NCBI GenBank assembly: GCA_009694955.1
Contig: SIBZ01000003.1
Location: forward strand, 1 to 62,904
From: Candidatus Tayloriibacteriota bacterium
Lineage (GTDB): Bacteria; Patescibacteriota; Minisyncoccia; Phycocordibacterales; UBA10002
DNA: 62,904 nt
Direction: 5' to 3'
In this document: positions 57,185 through 62,904 of the stretch, one piece after another
Numbering within the stretch: position 1 is the stretch's first letter
How the letters are laid out: each line of letters starts with the position of its first letter
The notes under the pieces: generated by a model
The model's input: only the letters and a program-made list of their open reading frames with translations
Database searches by the model: none
Told to the model about the DNA's origin: nothing
Program-made: the position numbers and the translations under genes

Positions 57185-57768
57185 ACCTTTTTGCTATTTT
57201 TATAATGAAGTAACACTGTCCCTGTCTTGTTTAATTTTTGCATCGACTGGAGTGTAAAATCGGTTGTCCGCGAAAGCGTATTTGCAGTCAACAGTTTACC
57301 GGAACCGAAAATAACAGGCTCCACCGTTATGTACAGCTCATCAATAAGTTTTTTCTCAAGAAACCACCCGTAGATTGACGTACCACCGACAACCGCGATA
57401 CGGGTCCAAGCGTTTCTCTTAAGCAAACCGATTAATTTCTTTACAGACCCCTTAAAAGCGACAGGACTCTGGATTCCGTCTTTCGAAGGAATGACAAAAT
57501 CTCTGTGTGTGAAGACAATGCGGTTGCGGGGTTTGAGGGGGCGTGGGATAGCTTCGAAGGTCTTTCGTCCCATTATCACCGCATCCGCTTTGTCGAGCTC
57601 GGACTGGAAAAATTTCTTGTCCTCCTTTGACGTCCACTCGCTTCCCTCTCTTTTGCCTGCCGTAATCCGCCCGTCCAGGCTGACTGCGGCGATTAGAGTG
57701 AATGTTGCACCCCCTCTCAATCTCCCCCTCTCAAGAGGGGGAGAGGTAAGACGTCTACTTTTTGGCAT
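57181..57768 (-). CDS. Dihydrofolate-reductase-like (RibD C-terminal domain) protein
   Basis: IAAVSLDGRI...D.....DAVIMGRKTFE......R.RIV.T and VVGG..IY motifs. ATGA overlap with yhhQ. Confidence 0.7.
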   Translation of the reverse strand: MPKSRRLTSPPLERGRLRGGATFTLIAAVSLDGRITAGKREGSEWTSKEDKKFFQSELDKADAVIMGRKTFEAIPRPLKPRNRIVFTHRDFVIPSKDGIQSPVAFKGSVKKLIGLLKRNAWTRIAVVGGTSIYGWFLEKKLIDELYITVEPVIFGSGKLLTANTLSRTTDFTLQSMQKLNKTGTVLLHYKNSKKV

Positions 57769-58477
57769 AGAACGCTTTTAACAATGGATAGTAAATGTCC
57801 TTCTTCGGGTCAACGAAAAGTTCGCTCTGAACATTACGGGAGGTGAACCGAACTTGTGGCACCGAGCGAGCGATAGCAATGGGAATCTGTTCGGTTGTCT
57901 CGCCCATGACGGCAACGGCCGCAGCCGCGACACCATCGGCAATGTTGGACTTGGAAAACTTGAATCTCCGCCCGAAGATATCCTCCTTGCCGATATGGTT
58001 TGCCGTAGGATGAAATCCGTAGAAACCGATGGAGATACCGATGGTGCCGGAGCGCATCGGTGTGCAGTAGCTGTCGGTGATGATAACGCCGAGTTCCTTC
58101 AGACCGGTTTCCTTGCGAACGAACTTCCAGATTTCTTTTGCCGCCTTCGTCGGGTCTTTGGGCCAGAGTATCCAATATCCGTTTCCATTGCTGTCGTCTA
58201 TTCCAGCCGATGCGATGACGGTGTGTCCCTTGATTGAGAACATCACGTCCTTCACTCCGCCAAAAGCGATGCGTGACTCGGCCTCGCTCTCAACCAACCT
58301 TCTCTTTGCTTCCGGCGTTGTCGCGCGAACGCATCTCCCCTCCCCAATCGAAATCACTTTGGAGGTAATAACGAGAATATCTTTTTCCTTCAACCTTCTT
58401 GCGACTTTTGTAAGTGTCGGAAAAATATCGTCCTTTGGAGGTAGAAATGTGCGAGTTTTGATAGGTAGCACCTGCAT
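57755..58477 (-). CDS. CofE/F420-0:gamma-glutamyl-ligase-like domain protein
   Basis: ILVITSKVISI.EGR, ASAGIDDSNG and GVIITDS motifs. 14-nt overlap with the DHFR-like gene. Confidence 0.68.
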   Translation of the reverse strand: MQVLPIKTRTFLPPKDDIFPTLTKVARRLKEKDILVITSKVISIGEGRCVRATTPEAKRRLVESEAESRIAFGGVKDVMFSIKGHTVIASAGIDDSNGNGYWILWPKDPTKAAKEIWKFVRKETGLKELGVIITDSYCTPMRSGTIGISIGFYGFHPTANHIGKEDIFGRRFKFSKSNIADGVAAAAVAVMGETTEQIPIAIARSVPQVRFTSRNVQSELFVDPKKDIYYPLLKAFYAKK

Positions 58478-58613
58478 AGTTGGAAGTTAAAAGTTTATAG
58501 TTCAAAGTCAGGAAACCTCCCAACGTATCAACGTTAAACTAACCAACTATCCATAGACCACGTTTGAGTTGTTTTTGAAAGAAGCATGAAAAGTAGCATA
58601 CCATTGATTATGT

Positions 58614-58650
58614 AAATAAAAAGGCCGGCAACATCTGTCACATGTTGCCG
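58614..58650 (-). terminator. Intrinsic terminator about 135 nt upstream of the CofE-like gene
   Basis: cggcaacat / atgttgccg 9-bp stem with a 7-nt loop, followed on the minus strand by gccTTTTTaTTT. Confidence 0.65.
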
Positions 58651-58771
58651 AACCTATGAATCCCGGCAGTCCTTTTGGACCATGCTGTGCCCCTTCCAAG
58701 GCGGGGAACGTTTTGACTTTAGGGTTTAATACATTTTCAGCCATAATTATAGTTGGTTGATTTGCACTGCT

Positions 58772-58835
58772 CTAAGCGCATTCCTACACCGGTACATACC
58801 GGTTCGGCCGCTTAGTATTGGGAGTGTTTCCCAAT
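58772..58835 (-). ncRNA. Two adjacent stable stem-loops of unknown function (candidate leader or sRNA module)
   Basis: attggga/tcccaat (58817..58835), and ctaagcg/cgcttag (58772..58815) enclosing accgg/ccggt. Confidence 0.3.
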
Positions 58836-58893
58836 TCGAAAATACTACACAATGAATGCAGTGTGTCAAGAAGGTGAACGTCGAACAGGCGTC

Positions 58894-59415
58894 CTACTCG
58901 GTATGCACGCGGTGGTGTTCGGACATAATCATATCCTTTAGAACGTTCGGGTGGGCAACCCCTTTAAACACAAATGACTCGTTGCTGGCGGTGTGTATCT
59001 CAACCGTTCCAAAGCCAATGAGTGTCTCGACAAGACCGGAGACCTTCACCGTCGTGTCTTGTATCTGGTCGAACCGAAAAAACGAAACTTTTCGGTTGAA
59101 GAGCCCGATTTGCTCGATATCGACGACGCGGTGATTAGTAAGTACCCAGATGTCCAGATAGTAGTTGGTCCAGAGCAGAGCAAGCATAAGCCAGAGAAGG
59201 AGGAGCCACAAACTCCAAAAAAATGTAAAAAGTGGAACTCCGTAATTAACAACATGCAATGCGGAAAATGCTTCGTTAAACGCCGACACCGGAATCAGCA
59301 AGAGAGCCAGAGGCACTACCGCGAAAAAGAACAAAAAAATAGTCTGGCCGAAAAACAAGAACCAGTGCTTCCGCGCAATGTACAAAATTTTCTCACCGTC
59401 TTCGAGAGTAAGCAT
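58894..59415 (-). CDS. Membrane protein with bacterial PH (bPH_2/YdbS-YdbT-like) domain
   Basis: GEKILYIARKHWF, two TM segments, then Y.LTN.RVV.......R.......I.D... typical of bPH_2. Confidence 0.62.
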   Translation of the reverse strand: MLTLEDGEKILYIARKHWFLFFGQTIFLFFFAVVPLALLLIPVSAFNEAFSALHVVNYGVPLFTFFWSLWLLLLWLMLALLWTNYYLDIWVLTNHRVVDIEQIGLFNRKVSFFRFDQIQDTTVKVSGLVETLIGFGTVEIHTASNESFVFKGVAHPNVLKDMIMSEHHRVHTE

Positions 59416-59421
59416 ACGGTT

Positions 59422-59646
59422 TTATTCAAGGATTAAAAAAACGTAGGAAAGAATCGCTAGAGCGCAGAACGCTGTCGAAAAAGCCAAGTAGATGGGTGGC
59501 GCCAACTTTATGAACCTCGTGTTCATCCCATACTCCTTCCAGTGATAGAGAAAGGCCGCGCTCAGTGCCCCGAAAACGAAAAGGCAGAGCACGAGCAGGA
59601 TGCCGAGCGAGAGCGGACTGAGAAGCGTTGAAAACTCAAAATTCAT
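59422..59646 (-). CDS. Small two-TM membrane protein, 74 aa
   Basis: ORF track. 6 nt upstream of the PH-domain gene. Confidence 0.5.
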   Translation of the reverse strand: MNFEFSTLLSPLSLGILLVLCLFVFGALSAAFLYHWKEYGMNTRFIKLAPPIYLAFSTAFCALAILSYVFLILE

Positions 59647-59690
59647 AACACAATTCTACACCGCGCAATTCAAAGATAAAAGGTTCTGCG

Positions 59691-61337
59691 TCAGGCCGAA
59701 ATCCTGAACGTTTCGGGCGGGAGCAAGAATTTCTCGATAAGCGCCTTGTTCGCCTCGACTCTCCGGACCAAAATAAGCACCCGTTCATCGACATACACGG
59801 GAGCCCACTCGGGGTCCTGTAAGCGCTGTATCATAAAATGCTGTCCCCACGGCGTTGCATCGCGATGGGAAAAGATAATTGAGTTGAAGCGGTATTCGCC
59901 GAGTTTTTCTTTCCATACTGCGTTATCCTCCTGCATCGGGATATATGTTTTCTGGAAAAATTCGACAGGATACGCTTCGGGACGGTTGTCGACAAATACC
60001 TTTTCCGAAGGAAACAAATAAAAGATAAGATAGCCACCAATATCGTAGTTGTTGAAGTACGGACCCTGAACACCTTCCTTCTGCAGAAATTCGATTGCTC
60101 TGCCGTTGCCTTTCTGCAATCCGAACCCGAACGAGTGCCAGTACGGGAAGAAGCGCGGAAGTGTGAGGAGTACCGTAAGAAACAGCGTGACGAACGAACA
60201 GAAGACGGCAGGCGAAAGCACCGCTCTTTCCGCGAGCGGACGCCGGATTGCCGTTTGAACTCCGGATGCCAGGAACGGGATGGAAAAAAGACCGAACAGA
60301 GCGATATTTCTGATGGCAAACCACGCCATAATGCTGATGCCAGCCATCACGAACACCTGCGCCAATCGTATTTTGCGCCAATTCCTTACTGCGGTTACAA
60401 GAAGCGTGAGCAGGCAAAACGCAAATACGATTTTAAAAATCAGGAAGCTCGGGTCGGCCATAATTCTCTCCATAAACCAGACCGACTGATTTTCTGCAAG
60501 CTTGTACCCGTAATTCTTGAAAATGCCGACAGCCTCCGTGAGCGCTCGGTAGCCATAGGGATTAATAAATATCGCCAAGACTACCGAAATAAATACCGAC
60601 AGCAACCGCAAAAATCGCTTTCGATAGATAAGCAGGCTCTCAAGAAGAAACGCCCCCAAAATGAGCGGACCTAGAAGAAAGTAAATATGTGAATTGACCC
60701 AGAGAATCTGAATAACTGGCAGCAGCCAGAGCGAACTCTCGCTTCGCAGTACATAGGTACGGTCGTGGCCGTTTACTTCAGGCTGGTCGTTCACCTCCGA
60801 AAATCGGGAAAGTAGAAAAAAGAAAAACCCGGCGAACAGGTAGCTAAACACCTCAGGGCGTATTTCCGTGCGCTCAGCGAGCAGGAAAATCGCGGGAAGA
60901 GCGGCAAGGCCGACAACTCCCCAGGGCGCATAGAGGCGAGCAACTTTCAAAAACATGAAAAGCGCCAAAAAGCTAAGCAGTATGAAAAAAAGATGCACTC
61001 CCGTAAACCCGAACAATGCGAAAACCACATATGTAAGGAAACCGCTTCCCCAGTGGTGGTTAATCGCATGAAAGTTGGGGTTTGTATACGAGTAGAAGTT
61101 TTCCTGAAGTACCGTCGTATCCTGAAGCAACATCTCTCCGTTCTTAAGGTGACGTCCGAGGTCGGCGGTCACAAGGTCAATCGGATGCGAAAGAAAGAAT
61201 CCGTAGAGCGCGAATAAAATTGTGCAAAGAAGCAGTACGTTGCTGTTTCGAAACAGCCACGCGAAAGAGGGTCTCTCGGCCCATTTGGGTTCACGCTGTA
61301 AAACGTCTAGCAAGCGTGTAGCCGGCTCATTTTCCAT
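59691..61337 (-). CDS. Large polytopic membrane protein, 548 aa; the GT-C-type glycosyltransferase fold is only a guess
   Basis: About 12 hydrophobic segments followed by about 130 aa of soluble C-terminal domain. Start set to ATG 61337; the track's TTG start at 61439 lies inside IR-L. Confidence 0.65.
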   Translation of the reverse strand: MENEPATRLLDVLQREPKWAERPSFAWLFRNSNVLLLCTILFALYGFFLSHPIDLVTADLGRHLKNGEMLLQDTTVLQENFYSYTNPNFHAINHHWGSGFLTYVVFALFGFTGVHLFFILLSFLALFMFLKVARLYAPWGVVGLAALPAIFLLAERTEIRPEVFSYLFAGFFFFLLSRFSEVNDQPEVNGHDRTYVLRSESSLWLLPVIQILWVNSHIYFLLGPLILGAFLLESLLIYRKRFLRLLSVFISVVLAIFINPYGYRALTEAVGIFKNYGYKLAENQSVWFMERIMADPSFLIFKIVFAFCLLTLLVTAVRNWRKIRLAQVFVMAGISIMAWFAIRNIALFGLFSIPFLASGVQTAIRRPLAERAVLSPAVFCSFVTLFLTVLLTLPRFFPYWHSFGFGLQKGNGRAIEFLQKEGVQGPYFNNYDIGGYLIFYLFPSEKVFVDNRPEAYPVEFFQKTYIPMQEDNAVWKEKLGEYRFNSIIFSHRDATPWGQHFMIQRLQDPEWAPVYVDERVLILVRRVEANKALIEKFLLPPETFRISA

Positions 61338-61375
61338 TGGGAAATTGTAGCATACACTATCATTTACAGACTCAC

Positions 61376-61498
61376 CACCCGATTGAATTTCCTCGCGAAA
61401 ATGCGTCCGCGCTCCGCGCGGTGATGGGAAGTTCGGCAAGAAAAGAAAAGGGCGTTTTGAAATCCACGGAGAGCGCGCTTGCGCGCAAATGGCGGTTC
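61376..61498. repeat. IR-L, left arm of a perfect 123-bp inverted repeat
   Basis: Exact reverse complement of 62637..62759, checked base by base. Confidence 0.95.
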
Positions 61499-62333
61499 TA
61501 TGAGCTAAAGCTCATTCTGTGGAATACCACAGGAGACGATGGGAAGCGAGATTTAGAAATTGTCGGTGTAATGCAAAACCTTTTATCAATTTAATCCCCG
61601 AAGCTCATGATCAAATATTTTATATATTGTAGGAAATCGAGTGAAGATGAAGAACGCCAAGTTTTGAGTATTGAGGCGCAACTTCATGAGCTTCGGGAAT
61701 ACGCCAAGCAAAATGGTTTGTTTGTTGTTCGTGAGTATTACGAGAGTAAAACTGCCAAAGAGCCTGGTCGTGAAGTATTTAACAAAATGCTTGGCGAAAT
61801 TGAAAAAGGTTCTGCTTCGGGAATTTTAGCGTGGAATCCAGACCGTTTAGCGAGAAATAGTATTGATGGTGGCAAGGTCATATATTTTGTGGACACGCTA
61901 AAAATTGTTGCGCTAAAATTCCCGACATTTTGGTTCGAAGCGACACCCCAAGGAAAATTCATGTTGAGTGTCGCTTTCGGACAGGCAAAATATTACACCG
62001 ACAATTTGAGAGAAAACATTTTGCGTGGCATACGACAAAAGATACGCCGTGGTGAATTATCGGCAAAAGCTCCAATCGGTTATTTTAACGAACCGCGACT
62101 TCGCACGATTGAACCTGACAAAAAGACCTTTCGTAAAATAAAAGAAGTATTGGAGCTTTTTTCTACTGGCGAATATACACTCACGGCAATTGCCCGCAAA
62201 ATGTTCTCTCTTGGCTTGGTTGGCGCACGATCCGGCAAACCTTTCGCACTCGCCTCGGTAGAACATATTTTGAAAAATCCTTTTTACTATGGATATTTTT
62301 CTTACCGAGGCGAGGTGCATCAAGGTTCGCACA

Positions 62334-62362
62334 AGCCAATGATTTCCTTTTCGCTCAAAATC
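62334..62362. repeat. Left arm of a nested perfect 29-bp inverted repeat
   Basis: agccaatgatttccttttcgctcaaaatc is the reverse complement of 62506..62534. Confidence 0.95.
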
Positions 62363-62505
62363 TGCGTTTTTCTATTTCTGACATCAAAGCTAAAATTGAC
62401 CGCCTCATGGATGGATACTTGGATGGTGGTTTTGAATTGTCGGAGTTTCAACAGAAAAAGAACGCTTTGATGTCTGAAAAGAAAACGCTAGAGGAAAAAT
62501 TATCT

Positions 62506-62534
62506 GATTTTGAGCGAAAAGGAAATCATTGGCT
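62506..62534. repeat. Right arm of the nested perfect 29-bp inverted repeat
   Basis: gattttgagcgaaaaggaaatcattggct. The spacer between arms is 143 bp. Confidence 0.95.
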
Positions 62535-62636
62535 CGAACTCGTGCGAAACTGGATTTTACAAGCCAACCAAGCACAAAATCTCGCTTTTTCAAAAAAGTT
62601 TGAGGAAATGAAAACTTTTTTGAAAACCATCGGCTC

Positions 62637-62759
62637 GAACCGCCATTTGCGCGCAAGCGCGCTCTCCGTGGATTTCAAAACGCCCTTTTCTTTTCTTGCC
62701 GAACTTCCCATCACCGCGCGGAGCGCGGACGCATTTTCGCGAGGAAATTCAATCGGGTG
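62637..62759. repeat. IR-R, right arm of the perfect 123-bp inverted repeat, inside the recombinase 3' coding region
   Basis: Exact reverse complement of 61376..61498. Confidence 0.95.
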
Positions 62760-62904
62760 TCTCTATTGTACCAAGTTAGAACCTATTTTCAAAACAAAGT
62801 GAGGTAATGAATTCCGTCACGCCGTAGCGTCCACTCCACCGAACACCGCAAGGTGTTCGGCTCCGTTCCCGCTCCGTCGCTCCGCCCTCGCCTCGCCACC
62901 ACGC

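Larger units (their letters stand above)
61376..62759. mobile_element. IR-bounded serine-recombinase cassette (candidate invertible segment or IR-flanked element), 1384 bp
   Basis: The 123-bp perfect arms enclose only the recombinase gene, and IR-R is part of its coding sequence. Confidence 0.5.
61607..62802 (+). pseudogene. Serine recombinase (resolvase catalytic domain, recombinase domain, C-terminal coiled-coil tail) with a broken reading frame and no zinc-ribbon region
   Basis: [12 protein letters not shown] (catalytic Ser), DRLARN and KAPIGY motifs in the frame of ATG 61607, which stops at 62470. The C-terminal part ([15 protein letters not shown]...IGSNRHL) is in the -1 frame and runs to 62802. 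Confidence 0.7.

Noticed and set aside
58547-58744. 65-aa minus-strand ORF upstream of the CofE-like gene
   Set aside because: It reads straight through the 9-bp terminator hairpin and T-run, and it has no SD and no recognisable family.
61337-61594. 85-aa ORF, and its mirror 62526..62714 (62 aa), sharing MGSSARKEKGVLKSTESALARKWRF
   Set aside because: The shared peptide is just the antisense translation of the two arms of the 123-bp inverted repeat. It is not evidence for a duplicated gene.
62336-62350. Programmed -1 ribosomal frameshift joining the two recombinase frames (and likewise for the atpC-like relic at about 47925)
   Set aside because: There is no X-XXY-YYZ slippery heptamer and no correctly spaced downstream stimulatory structure. 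Mutation, deletion or sequencing error is more parsimonious.

Overview
This is a 62.9-kb chromosomal segment, transcribed almost entirely on the minus strand. It looks like a small-genome Patescibacteria/CPR-type bacterium. That placement is an inference from tightly packed or overlapping genes (many ATGA/TAATG junctions), shortened universal proteins (631-aa AlaRS, 114-aa L13), weak Shine-Dalgarno signals and a sigma-region-4/HARE-HTH fusion protein.

Core content: trpS; proB convergent with proA-proC, next to proS; grpE, dnaK and dnaJ; rpsI-rplM; rplQ-rpoA-rpsD-rpsK-rpsM-rpmJ-infA; alaS; mnmA; mltG; leuS; ychF; purD; a complete F1Fo ATP synthase operon; a CofE-like/DHFR-like/yhhQ operon; tRNA-Arg(CCG) and tRNA-Ala(GGC). 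I saw no rRNA, no CRISPR array and no reverse transcriptase.

Most interesting signals:
1. At the right edge, a serine-recombinase gene is bracketed by perfect 123-bp inverted repeats. One repeat is built from the recombinase's own 3' coding end. The cassette sits 39 bp from a large membrane-protein gene, so it is a candidate invertible switch or novel IR-bounded element. It carries a second, nested 29-bp perfect inverted repeat exactly where the recombinase reading frame breaks.
2. A SET-domain protein abuts a PRMT-like methyltransferase that is operonic with AdoMetDC.
3. An intrinsic terminator sits 5 nt before the start codon of a VOC-family gene, at the end of a roughly 300-nt structured non-coding stretch (attenuator/riboswitch-like logic).
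4. A 590-bp opposite-strand unit with its own terminator is inserted between dnaK and dnaJ.
5. A frameshifted, start-less second atpC (epsilon) relic lies downstream of the ATP synthase operon, and extra small membrane or secreted genes are interleaved in that operon.
6. A small AT-rich island at tRNA-Ala has a LAGLIDADG-type ORF running into the tRNA.

All functional calls come from motif recognition by eye. No searches were run.
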